Positions 9,481 to 19,030 of a DNA stretch of 41,812 bases are shown in pieces. Below the pieces are notes generated by a model, which ran no database searches, was not told where the DNA came from, and saw nothing but the letters and a program-made list of their open reading frames with translations. Positions within the stretch are counted from its first letter, which is position 1, and every line of letters starts with the position of its first letter. Origin of the DNA: Candidatus Dojkabacteria bacterium (lineage in GTDB: Bacteria > Patescibacteriota > Dojkabacteria > SC72); NCBI GenBank assembly GCA_040765985.1, contig JAXGRK010000011.1:1-41812 (forward strand), written 5' to 3'. Made by a program: the position numbers and the translations under genes.

Positions 9481-10920
9481 ATGGACGAACCCTTAAAAGA
9501 TTTTTTAACAATTTCCTACAATGAACTTGAGGTTTTAAACAAAGAAGCCAAAAAAAGAAGAATTGATAATTTTGGGAAACCTAATAACAAATTAGAATCC
9601 TACTATACAGAGTATTTAAAAAAGGAAACAAGAATAAAAGCTGTTACTGTTGGCTTTACCGATTTAGAGGGTAAATTCCAAATGCTTGATTACAACAAAG
9701 ATTACCTTTTAGAATCTAGTGATAACCTTACCTTTGATGGCTCCTCGGTAAAAGGGTTTACACAAGTTAGCGAGTCCGATCTAAAATTAAAATTAGATTG
9801 GAGCTCTTTTTACTGGCTTCCAAGTGATATCTTTGGCCCTGGGAAGGTCCTACTCTTTGCTGAAATATATACTTCAGATGATATGCCCCACCCTTCTGAT
9901 TTTAGGTCAAGACTTCGAACCTATCTACATGAGTTGTATAAAAAAGAGAAATATTTAGTTATGGGTGCTAACGAAATAGAAGGCATTCTTGTTGAGGGAT
10001 TAGATGCAGAAATGAATTTTAAGGAAGAAACTGGTTTTAAATTAGTCTCTTCTGGTGGATATTACCACTCTCTTCCTTTGGATAGGCTAAGAAAATTTAT
10101 AGATGCCACTGCCGAAGCACACAGAGCGTTAGGTTTTGAAAATGAAAAAGACCATCCAGAAGTAGCACCCTCTCAGTTTGAATTAAATTACAAACACTCT
10201 ATTGCCGACATAGCGTCAGACCAAGTACAACTGTACAAGTTAGTCGCAAGGCAGGTTGCAGAAATACAAGGGCTAACAGCCACATTTCTGCCTAAACCAA
10301 TTGTAGGAATAAATGGAAGTGGTATGCATACTAATATGTCCATTGAAAAAGATGGTAAAAATATTTTCTATCAAAAGAATGGTAATGTTCATCTTTCAGA
10401 CTTAGGTAACGACTTTATCGACCGAATACTTTTTAAAGCCTCTGCCATGTGTCTAATACTTAATCCTAGTGTAAATGCATACAGAAGATTAGACCCTAAT
10501 TTTGAAGCTCCAAATCAGATAAAGGCGTCAGCAGTAAATAGAACAGCAATGGTTAGAATACCTCTAGCATCTGAGAAATCAGCAAGAATTGAGGTTAGAT
10601 CTGTTGCTCCGGATGCTAACCCATATATGGTTTACTACACTCTTCTAAGAGTTGGGTTAGAGGGTAAAAAACAGAAACTACACAAAGGTATTACTCCAAG
10701 AACAAAGGTGTTACCAGACAATATATATGATGCAATCAAATTCTTAAAAAGAAGCTCTTTTATGTCCGAAATCTTAGGAGAGGAAACTAAAAATAAATAT
10801 ATTGCTCTAAAACAGGCATCTGCAGATAGATGCCCTAAGAATTTAGGAAACAAAGTAAAAAGGTCAGAGGTAATATTCCATCATGAAATAACAAATCAGT
10901 TACTTTGGAATGAGTTTTAA
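9481..10920 (+). CDS. glnA: Glutamine synthetase type I
   Basis: FDGSSVKGF, HPEVAPSQFE, ATFLPKP, NGSGMHTN, NAYRRL, FEAP, NRTAMVRIP, RIEVRSVAPDANPY. Confidence 0.93.
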   Translation: MDEPLKDFLTISYNELEVLNKEAKKRRIDNFGKPNNKLESYYTEYLKKETRIKAVTVGFTDLEGKFQMLDYNKDYLLESSDNLTFDGSSVKGFTQVSESDLKLKLDWSSFYWLPSDIFGPGKVLLFAEIYTSDDMPHPSDFRSRLRTYLHELYKKEKYLVMGANEIEGILVEGLDAEMNFKEETGFKLVSSGGYYHSLPLDRLRKFIDATAEAHRALGFENEKDHPEVAPSQFELNYKHSIADIASDQVQLYKLVARQVAEIQGLTATFLPKPIVGINGSGMHTNMSIEKDGKNIFYQKNGNVHLSDLGNDFIDRILFKASAMCLILNPSVNAYRRLDPNFEAPNQIKASAVNRTAMVRIPLASEKSARIEVRSVAPDANPYMVYYTLLRVGLEGKKQKLHKGITPRTKVLPDNIYDAIKFLKRSSFMSEILGEETKNKYIALKQASADRCPKNLGNKVKRSEVIFHHEITNQLLWNEF

Positions 10921-10977
10921 TCACATTTCAAATAGTATACAATCAAGATACACATTTTAACTAGAACTATCTCAAAA

Positions 10978-11379
10978 GTGATTAAAAAAGATAAAAATGA
11001 AAAATACCTAAAGATATCTAAAATAGTAACATACCTATTATCCTCTCTTTTAGGCTTTACCCTCTATTACTACTTCGGTTCAAGCTTCTATATCTTTGCA
11101 TTTGCATTACTCTTAGGATTAACACTCCCTAAATTAATTCTAAACAAATGGAAATACGAAGAAGACAAGTTTAATAAAATAGTATGGTTAAACCTAATTT
11201 TTGGTCTCTTCTATACTCCCCTTGGAGTCTTCTTTGGGGTATTTACTATTAAATACAACTTCCACCTATTAAAAAGTGAAAAACAAAATAAATACGAAGT
11301 ACTAGGAAAAATTGGAATATGTCTATCACTATTAAACTTTTTACTAGCCCTTATCCTTCCATTTGCCCTATCTAGATAA
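10978..11379 (+). CDS. Hypothetical multi-TM membrane protein
   Basis: 133 aa with about four hydrophobic segments; GTG start. Confidence 0.6.
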   Translation: MIKKDKNEKYLKISKIVTYLLSSLLGFTLYYYFGSSFYIFAFALLLGLTLPKLILNKWKYEEDKFNKIVWLNLIFGLFYTPLGVFFGVFTIKYNFHLLKSEKQNKYEVLGKIGICLSLLNFLLALILPFALSR

Positions 11380-11391
11380 GGATTACTCGCT

Positions 11392-12897
11392 CTATTGGGT
11401 TGGGATTATCTCGTAAAATGATCCCGATTCAGTTCGAAAACGCCACGATCTCCAAAGTCTTCTAACCTCAAGAACAGGCGATGTGTTTCCTGCGAAACCC
11501 CCTTTATCATTAACAAGTTCAATAACTTCATTCAACCTAGGAGATTTTTTCAATCTCCCAACAATTATTTGACCTATCACTACCTCCGACTCCCTTCCTT
11601 TTATTAGATTTCTCTTCATAAGAATAACTTCGCTGCCCCCCTTAATCCTGAGCTTTTCATTCATTTCTTCAATACTTTTTGGTATGGACTTCGGTTTTAC
11701 TTCTAGATTCCTGATTACTTCATATGTCGCTCCACTATCAGTCTTAGCAACAAACAAAGTTCTTCCATCTGGTAACAATCTACGACTCATCTCCTTTATG
11801 GGAGATGTTTGCACATACCTTGGATCATCAATATCCTGAATCAACCTCATACCTTCCCCGAGTGCTAATTGTCCATCTAAAAAACCTTTTGCCAAATACC
11901 CAATTGGTATTTGAGAATTCCCCTTTTGAGCAACCTTTTTAATAGTAATATTTTTACCATCTCGGATACCAGAAAGTATAAAATCTTCATCTTCCATCAT
12001 AATTTCTCCACCAGTTTTTATACGCCCTGAGTGATCATCTTTTTCCCCTAAAGACAGAAAATATTCATTACGATGCTTTCTTATATATTCTACTGCAAAA
12101 GAATCCGCAAAGGATTCTGAAGACATTTCTCGATATGCATTGGTTGAGACAATCTCAAATTGTTTTTTAGAGATTTTCCCATTCTTATCTGGTTTAATTC
12201 CAAAAGTCTCTAAACGCTTTGTATATTTTTTGAAATCTTCTTTACTAAAATCGATATGAGAAGGAGCAGGCTCAGTCATTAAATCCTTGAGACGACGTTC
12301 ATTAGCATCTGTTATTGCAATCTTTAATACTTCAGCAAGGGGTTTCTTCCCTTTATTCTCCTTTGGTTTCAAATAATTATCAAGAAAATCTTTAGCATGG
12401 CCAAATTCATGCAAAAAGATAAAAGTTGTAACAAGTTTCTTATTATCTTTAATATCTTCATATTTCGCTCCAAGTTGAATTGCAACACTCCTCAATAGAA
12501 ATTCAAGACTAGAATCAAAGTAAGTTTCTGGATTACTAAAGTTAAAAGCAATCTCTGGAATATACTGCCCTTCCTTAAGAGCAGCATTACAAAAATAAGC
12601 ATTCCTTTGAATATTCTCGTTATTAATTTTTACGACATGTAACTCAGGCTGTTCAGTTACTATATTTTCATATACCTTTGCAAGGTGAGGAGCTTCACTA
12701 TTTAACAGGATTGCATTTTCTTGCCAACGATTTCTCCAATACTCTTTTGTATTCTCCTCCGTTATGTCTATTTTCTTACCTAAATATCTCTCTGCTTGAT
12801 CAGAAAGGTTTGAAACACCACTACTCTGCTCAGGCAAAAGAAAGGAAGACTCCTTTGTATTAAACTCTGTATTCTCTAAACCTAGTACATTATTCAT
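11392..12897 (-). CDS. Putative zinc metallopeptidase (HEXXH) with two tandem C-terminal repeat domains
   Basis: FLHEFGH at 12397-12411, downstream ESFADSFA; duplicated TSP...TxSGxxYE domain. Confidence 0.65.
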   Translation of the reverse strand: MNNVLGLENTEFNTKESSFLLPEQSSGVSNLSDQAERYLGKKIDITEENTKEYWRNRWQENAILLNSEAPHLAKVYENIVTEQPELHVVKINNENIQRNAYFCNAALKEGQYIPEIAFNFSNPETYFDSSLEFLLRSVAIQLGAKYEDIKDNKKLVTTFIFLHEFGHAKDFLDNYLKPKENKGKKPLAEVLKIAITDANERRLKDLMTEPAPSHIDFSKEDFKKYTKRLETFGIKPDKNGKISKKQFEIVSTNAYREMSSESFADSFAVEYIRKHRNEYFLSLGEKDDHSGRIKTGGEIMMEDEDFILSGIRDGKNITIKKVAQKGNSQIPIGYLAKGFLDGQLALGEGMRLIQDIDDPRYVQTSPIKEMSRRLLPDGRTLFVAKTDSGATYEVIRNLEVKPKSIPKSIEEMNEKLRIKGGSEVILMKRNLIKGRESEVVIGQIIVGRLKKSPRLNEVIELVNDKGGFAGNTSPVLEVRRLWRSWRFRTESGSFYEIIPTQ

Positions 12898-13060
12898 CTT
12901 GTATACTTTTTGGAGAAATCTTATTTAATCTGTCTAGAACAAGTATCTTTTTTTCAGCCTCAGTAAAAGTATTCTCTTCTAGAATAAAATAGAATTCTTG
13001 TCTTAAAGATTCTGGTAGTTCTTCAACTAGTTTCAAAAGTTGCTCTAATGTATATTCCAT
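12890..13060 (-). CDS. Small helical hypothetical protein (56 aa) overlapping the peptidase start
   Basis: MEYTLEQLLKLVEELPESLRQEF...; start moved to the ATG at 13060; 8-nt overlap with the downstream gene. Confidence 0.55.
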   Translation of the reverse strand: MEYTLEQLLKLVEELPESLRQEFYFILEENTFTEAEKKILVLDRLNKISPKSIQDE

Positions 13061-13224
13061 ATATGGATATGCTTTAATTTCAAATATATATAAATAATAC
13101 GGAATAGAACTTAAGTTTTCAATAAATGAATTCTTCAAATGCAGCCTCCCCATTAATTAGGGTAGAAATAGCAATAGTATTATGTACTAGGAAAGACAAA
13201 ATGTAATTATCAGATGTGAATTAA

Positions 13225-13677
13225 TTAAACCTTTTCTTCAGGGATAAATATTTCCTCCGAAGTATAATCAAGCATTGAATCCGAACCAAGTTGCTTAAGG
13301 AATAGTACTTCTGTACCAAGCGTATTTGCGAGGGCTTGTTTACCATCTGGTCTAAAAAAACCTGTCAATTCAACCCTCCCCTCATCACTAACTGTTGTTT
13401 CATATATATTAAGCAATTGATCTCTTGGTATTTCTAGAATATCAAAGACTCTAATCATTGGGATGGTATCCACAACACCATTTTCCAATTCTACATTAAT
13501 CCCATTGTATTGAGGAAAAACAAAAGGACGGCAAGGAAACAGAAGCCTTTCCTTTGCTTTAACAGCCTTTTCCAAAAATTCTTCCTCTTTTTTTAACAAT
13601 TCTAAATAATAATTACCAGGGTCTACCCTGCTCTCACCAATAGGAACTCTTTGAGTCTTTTCTTTTAAATCTCCCAT
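13225..13677 (-). CDS. Hypothetical protein
   Basis: 150-aa ORF with TATAAT upstream; no recognised motif. Confidence 0.6.
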   Translation of the reverse strand: MGDLKEKTQRVPIGESRVDPGNYYLELLKKEEEFLEKAVKAKERLLFPCRPFVFPQYNGINVELENGVVDTIPMIRVFDILEIPRDQLLNIYETTVSDEGRVELTGFFRPDGKQALANTLGTEVLFLKQLGSDSMLDYTSEEIFIPEEKV

Positions 13678-13757
13678 TTTTCAACAACTATAAATTATTT
13701 CAACATTATAATACTTTCTATAGGGAAACTACAATTAAACTAACCAAAAATGTAAAG

Positions 13758-14166
13758 TGGAGACGGTGGGATTTGAACCCACGTCCAAAAGCTAAGCACA
13801 ATGTCATGTACAAATATATTTAGATTTGTATAGCTAGATTAAACTAAAAAATCTATCAAAAAGTATAATCTACTCAGTAATTGTATTCACTACGGATTCT
13901 CTACTGACAAAGAATACGTACTATACCCTAGTAACGACTGTCTATATCCCCTAACTAGGGATAAGAGAAATAGACATTGAGTAAAACTAATTACTCAAAC
14001 TTATGCAAAATTGTAAGCATATAAAGGTACGCTTAAAGCGTTCCTTAGCTTACTTGCAAAAGCGTTAAGTTTGTTTTCTACACTTATCTGTGTTTTAGTT
14101 TTACGAACTAAAAAACGATTTGTGACAACAGCACTTATATACTTCTGTCGAAAGCCTTACTTCCCC
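13758..14166 (-). ncRNA. ssrA: tmRNA
   Basis: 5' GGGGAAGTAAGGCTTTCGAC; 3' GGACGTGGGTTCAAATCCCACCGTCTCCA; G3-U70 Ala identity pair; helix-2 complementarity (TAAGTGC/GTGCTTA, TGTCA/TGACA); tag ORF at 14081-14001. Confidence 0.93.
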
Positions 14167-15422
14167 ATATTCTTAAAGAACGTATATATTATACCATTTT
14201 CTTTAATTATTTTGGAGTAATATCTTCCACTTTTCTTAATTATTCTCTCCTTTGTCTTAGGGTTAATTGAGACCAAACCAAACTTCGGCCAATAGCCTTT
14301 GTCCCATTCGAAATTGTCTAACAACGACCAATGCAAATACCCAAAAACGTTACAACCATCGTTAATAGCATTGTTCATTGCTTTAACACTCTCCCCTATC
14401 CACCACTTTCTATAAATATCTCTACTATCTGCTAACCCATTTTCTGTAATTAATATCGGTAGATGATATCTATCATTAACTAATTTGATAACATTGTATA
14501 GTTTATCTGGTTTTAACCACCATCCAAGATCAGACACTTTATCATTGTCATTCTTCAGACCACTTATATCTACCTTGTTATAAAAATAGAAATTAATTCC
14601 TAAGTAATCCACATATTCAATCACTTTATCAAGAGTCGATGTATTGATAAACTTACTTGTAAACCATACCAATGCCCTGTTCCATGTTAATCCTTTATAC
14701 GGTTCATAGAATGAGATACTCTTTGATAGAGATACTTTATTGTCTTTGTTCTTTTTCTTAATTATCTTATAAGCATCAATATGCATCTTTGGTAAAATTC
14801 TTTGATAAACCTTATAAAAGAGAATAATGTTTTTTCTTTGTGGAGGCCACTTCCCGGTTAGATAAGAATTAGCAAAAGATTCCGGTTCGTTAATGGTTAT
14901 CCAATAGTCTACAAAATCTGATAACTCATCAACAAGGTATTGTACATACTCTTTAAAGTATATATGAATCTCTTTGGATAGAAGCCCTCCCTCTTCTTCT
15001 ATCCATAATGGTATCGTCCAATGCCAACAGGTTAATATTATCTTAATATTGTTCTGCTTTATTTCAGAAAGATATTCCTTGTAATATTTTATAGCATCTT
15101 TATCAAAAAAACCTTTTCTTGGCTGTATACGAGACCATTCAATAGACAGTCGGTAAGCTTTAAGATTCAATTCTTTTATTACTTTCAAGTCTTCTTTCCA
15201 GTACTTAAAACTCTCTGGAGAATATTTTGAATTTGACCTGTAATTTTCTGGATTAGAGAAAGATTCTACTAGACTAGATAGGGTGGGTCTTTGTCCGTCC
15301 TTTGAGAGCCTCTGGGCGTTCTCTTCCTCCCATTTACTCCAGTTGTTAGTTAATCCCCCCTCTATTTGATGAGAAGCCGTTGCAGCCCCCCAGAGAAAGT
15401 CTTTAGGGAATTTAGATTCCAT
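14157..15422 (-). CDS. Glycoside hydrolase family 1 (beta-glucosidase-like)
   Basis: FPKDFLWGAATASHQIEG, acid/base INEP, nucleophile ITENG, WSLLDNFEW. Confidence 0.93.
   Translation of the reverse strand: MESKFPKDFLWGAATASHQIEGGLTNNWSKWEEENAQRLSKDGQRPTLSSLVESFSNPENYRSNSKYSPESFKYWKEDLKVIKELNLKAYRLSIEWSRIQPRKGFFDKDAIKYYKEYLSEIKQNNIKIILTCWHWTIPLWIEEEGGLLSKEIHIYFKEYVQYLVDELSDFVDYWITINEPESFANSYLTGKWPPQRKNIILFYKVYQRILPKMHIDAYKIIKKKNKDNKVSLSKSISFYEPYKGLTWNRALVWFTSKFINTSTLDKVIEYVDYLGINFYFYNKVDISGLKNDNDKVSDLGWWLKPDKLYNVIKLVNDRYHLPILITENGLADSRDIYRKWWIGESVKAMNNAINDGCNVFGYLHWSLLDNFEWDKGYWPKFGLVSINPKTKERIIKKSGRYYSKIIKENGIIYTFFKNMGK
14188..14196 (-). promoter_or_regulatory. Extended -10 promoter for ssrA, inside the GH1 gene
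   Basis: TGGTATAAT 21 nt upstream of the mature tmRNA 5' end. Confidence 0.6.
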
Positions 15423-16121
15423 TCTTACTTGCCTCCCATAAACTAATTGAAGTTGCTACTGATAGGTTGAGTGAATCTATTTCAGAAGAATGGGGAATGT
15501 ATACACTCTGGCCAATCTTTAAATACGAATCGTCCAACCCCTTAGATTCATTCCCCTGTAATATTGTATACGGTTTAACAAACCCAACCTCTTTAATATT
15601 CTTACTTCCTTTTAACATAAACGGATAGAGATTTTGATTAGGAAACTTCTTGATATACTCTTCTATACTATTAAACATCTCAAAGTTAATAGAAAAGAGA
15701 GCTCCCATTGTAGATCTAATTGCAAAAGGATCGAAGATATCTACAGAGAAACCTTTATTCCTAAATTCTTAAATCCAAAGCCCAACATAGTTCGTATAAT
15801 GGTACCCACATTTCCCATATTAGATGGGTTAACTAATACAAGATGGTTTTCATTTTTAAATAATTTGCTTTCGCGCTTTTTAAATACTCCTACCACATAT
15901 GTATTTTCTTTAACCGAAATCTTATCTATCTACTCATTAACACTCTACTTGCATATACTTTTTATACAAATCACTTGAACTCCTCTACCCCCTCTTGCCA
16001 AGTCCCCTTTACTTTAGGAGAACTTTCATCTTTTATCAAATGATTTTGGTAAGTCTAAAACAGGTTGCTCAAAAACATAAACTAATTTCTTTTGATATCT
16101 TTTTATCTTTGGTGAATGCAT
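15412..16121 (-). pseudogene. TrmH/SpoU-family RNA methyltransferase broken by several indels (probably sequence errors)
   Basis: Fragments across frames: MHSPKIKRYQKK, NPSNMGNVGTIIRTMLGFG, IRSTMGALF, GNESKGL, IDSLNLSVA. Confidence 0.8.
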
Positions 16122-16122
16122 T

Positions 16123-17082
16123 TTACTTCTTTAATATATCTTTAAATATCTTGTCTGTTGCTTTTTTCTTTTGATCTTTAGATATCTTCCATTTCTCTTC
16201 TCTAAGTATCATATATGCTTCCTCTACTTTCCTTTTAGTCATTGATAGTAGAAGGTTTTTTCTCTTTAACTCTCTTTGGACCTTCTCTTCGCTCTTGTAC
16301 ATTCGTATACGCTATACAGAAACCCTATCAAAAGAACAAGGTAGCTAATGAATTTCGCCAATGTAGAAATTTAGCATTAACTCATACTCAATATTTAAAT
16401 ATGGAAGGAAGAATATCTGAGAAAGTATGGAAAATGTTAACACGAGAAATATTATCCAGAAATCAAAATTCCTGTGATACATACCATCACTTCTTGTATA
16501 TCCGATTAGTGCTGCCAAGTAAACAAAAAAGGGAAACAGTTTGCATCACTATTGCAAATGAATATGACTCGAATCCAGAAAAAAAGTTTGTGAAAAAAGA
16601 TATAGATGCTGTAAAGAGACATATCGAAACAATTAGAGCCCCGAATGCAATCTTCTCCTTAAACTCTTTGACTTTGTCTTCCTCTTTCATCAATAACCAA
16701 CTCAGAAAGAATATTATCGATAGAAATACCCTGGAAAGCACCATGCTACTTGGAAACATCTCGGAGGGTTTAAATGAAAGTAAACTTGCGAAGCTATCTA
16801 AGCTAGCTAAAACATGAAAAGAAAGCAAATCTAAAAGGATATGCTTACAAACCTAGCCCTAAGAGTAAGTAGTTAATATATGTTTTCTTTGTATAAAATC
16901 TTACAAGAGTAAGGATTCCAATAAAAAAAGCGAAAGTAAAGGCAAAATAGATCTACTATGAGTTGAGAACCAGTAATCAATTAAAGTTCCCAGATATGTA
17001 AGCAAAAAGTAGGAAAAGAAATATTGAGAAAGAATGACTAATTCTTTTTCCTAATCTGTTGTTTTGTAAATCTCTTACTCAT
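16123..17082 (-). pseudogene. Multi-TM membrane protein broken by indels/stops
   Basis: ATG at 17082, hydrophobic fragment 16487-16828, charged C-terminal fragment ending at TAA 16123 next to the trmH-like start. Confidence 0.5.
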
Positions 17083-17106
17083 ATCAATATATTTTAATAC
17101 ATGTAT

Positions 17107-17619
17107 TTAGAAAATGATATCCTGTTCATTTCTCTCTGCATGGGGGGCACATACCGTAACGATGCCCTCTCCATCATGAGATACAAAATATCCAGTACCA
17201 TTAACAGATACGTACAAGGGATCATTAGGCATTACAACTAACTCGTCTGTATTTTCTTCCATTAATCCCATACTTACTAAATCTGTACAGTTGTAAGGTC
17301 CTGTTTTACATATCTCGTGTGTAAATTAAACGCATGTTTCTGATGTAGGAAGGGATGTAGGAATATCCTTCTTTCTGTCTACATACCCACTAATATATGT
17401 TAAGACTGTCGAAATATCTGCAGTTCTTTTAAGATTTCTCGCCTCGGATGCCTCTTTGCTTGGGTTTATAGCTAGTAAGCCAAGAAAAACTACTATACCA
17501 ACAGCAGAGAGTATCAAGAGTATCTCGGTTACTTTGTATCTTTTTTCAGAATCAACCTTTTTTAAAGATTTGTTCGGAATAAAGTTGATTGTGTCTTCGT
17601 TTAAATTAGATTCTTCCAT
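17107..17619 (-). CDS. Pilin paralog without a canonical cleavage site; in-frame TAA at 17326-17328
   Basis: AINPSKEASEARNLKRTADI matches the major pilin's AINPAKNFRDTRNAQRSADV. The same frame continues past the TAA with LVVMPNDP...GTGYFV...CAPHAE, versus LVAIPQDP...DTGYTI...DAPGAE. Confidence 0.75.
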
Positions 17620-17784
17620 ATATACATAATACATAAAAGTTAGAATGTTTGGTATAGAGGTATAACCGTAGGCCTATAAAACGATATGTGTAATTATATA
17701 GTAATTTTATATTTAAAAATGTTTTTATAGCAACGATTTCGCGCTTATCCACAGTGGTTCGGGAAATGTGGGGATCTAAGAAAA

Positions 17785-17871
17785 CGGAGAGGGTGGGATT
17801 TGAACCCACGGTACGCAAACGCGTACAACACATTTCGAGTGTGTCCTATTCGACCACTCTAGCACCTCTCC
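17785..17871 (-). tRNA. tRNA-Ser(CGA)
   Basis: GGAGAGG/CCTCTCC acceptor stem, ACACA-CTCGAAA-TGTGT anticodon arm, long variable arm, G discriminator; CCA not encoded. Confidence 0.95.
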
Positions 17872-17885
17872 AAAAGGATTATACT

Positions 17886-18575
17886 TTAAATTTCTTCAAA
17901 TGGGATATAGTTACCGAATGTGAGAATATCTACTCTACCCTGTTTTCTAATATCTTTATACAATACCTTCTCTTGAAGTAATACAAACAAAGCATCTTTA
18001 TCTACCTTATCTAACAAAAGTATTAAAGCTTTTGGATATCGGAGTCTTGTTTCTACTATTAAAAAGTACTGACCATTCTTAATAGAGAACCAGAAGTTAT
18101 CTAACATAAACCATTCATAAAGTTTCCCTCCAGTGTCTACTCCTCGAGCTGTAATTCTATGCTTTACTCTAATTGGTCTATTTGTTCCTGAAACATAGAT
18201 AAAGAAAAGGAGAGCTATTATCGAAGCCATCAAGTAATATTGCTCAAGAATAGCTAAGAAGAGAACGAACAGTAAAGAAACGGCTAATATAGACCAGAAA
18301 GTTTTCGTATTGAAATTAAACCTATATCTATCCGGAGCATCCCATTCAAAAAGTTTAATATTTTGTATAACATTTTTAACTGGGATATCACTCTCTTCTA
18401 AAACAATCTCTTTCTCTGCAACCTTCTTCCTATACTCCGCCTTCTGTCTTGTTTTTGCTTCTTCTTTCATCTTCGCAATCTTTTCTTCCTTCTCCCTCAA
18501 CTGCATCTCCCCAGAGAGAATATCTAAGATATCACTGAATTCATTTTTTATCTTTTCGTTCATTGGTTTTTCCAT
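17886..18575 (-). CDS. Conserved hypothetical membrane protein (DUF5673-like C-terminus)
   Basis: Charged N-terminus, EWDAP, two TM helices, ITARGV...LYEW...NFW. Confidence 0.6.
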   Translation of the reverse strand: MEKPMNEKIKNEFSDILDILSGEMQLREKEEKIAKMKEEAKTRQKAEYRKKVAEKEIVLEESDIPVKNVIQNIKLFEWDAPDRYRFNFNTKTFWSILAVSLLFVLFLAILEQYYLMASIIALLFFIYVSGTNRPIRVKHRITARGVDTGGKLYEWFMLDNFWFSIKNGQYFLIVETRLRYPKALILLLDKVDKDALFVLLQEKVLYKDIRKQGRVDILTFGNYIPFEEI

Positions 18576-18584
18576 ATATACATA

Positions 18585-18926
18585 TCATATAATAAAAGAA
18601 CCAATTATAACAATAAGAAGAACCCCTAACCCCCAATAGATATCTAAAACATGAAAGAAGTGAAGAAGTACCACTAAGAATATTCCAATTGTTACCCCTA
18701 TTCCTTGTCTTAAGGATAGTATTTCTAATTGCCTCGAAAGTTCTTTTTTAAAAAATACAGAAAGTATGAAGTAGAAAATGATAGAAAAGAGTGTAGAAAG
18801 TGATAAAAACGATAGAGAAACCAGTGTTAAAATATTTACCCATTCATATCCCCCCCTATCATTAAGTGGTAAGAATGTCTTTATATGGAGTAAATATAAC
18901 AGAATTGCAACAGAAAATACTAACAA
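18585..18926 (-). CDS. Hypothetical four-TM membrane protein; true start probably further upstream
   Basis: Hydrophobic ORF with SLRQG motif; frame stays open upstream of the TTG. Confidence 0.6.
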   Translation of the reverse strand: MLVFSVAILLYLLHIKTFLPLNDRGGYEWVNILTLVSLSFLSLSTLFSIIFYFILSVFFKKELSRQLEILSLRQGIGVTIGIFLVVLLHFFHVLDIYWGLGVLLIVIIGSFII

Positions 18927-19030
18927 AATTAGAAGTATAAAAACAAATTTAAGATTCTTTAGATTATAAGTTTTTGAATTCTCTTCTATTAGTACTATCC
19001 TTTTGAAATTAAATTTATATATCTTAATCC

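Noticed and set aside
11380-13790. Integrated element at the ssrA 3' end
   Set aside because: No duplicated tmRNA 3' end and no integrase seen.
15634-16817. Plus-strand ORFs 15634..15978 and 16242..16817
   Set aside because: Antisense shadows of the broken minus-strand genes, with no motifs.
17326-17328. Stop-codon recoding or genetic code 25
   Set aside because: TAA is the commonest stop here, TGA terminates genes (e.g. 8444), long genes need no readthrough, and the site borders an error-rich zone.
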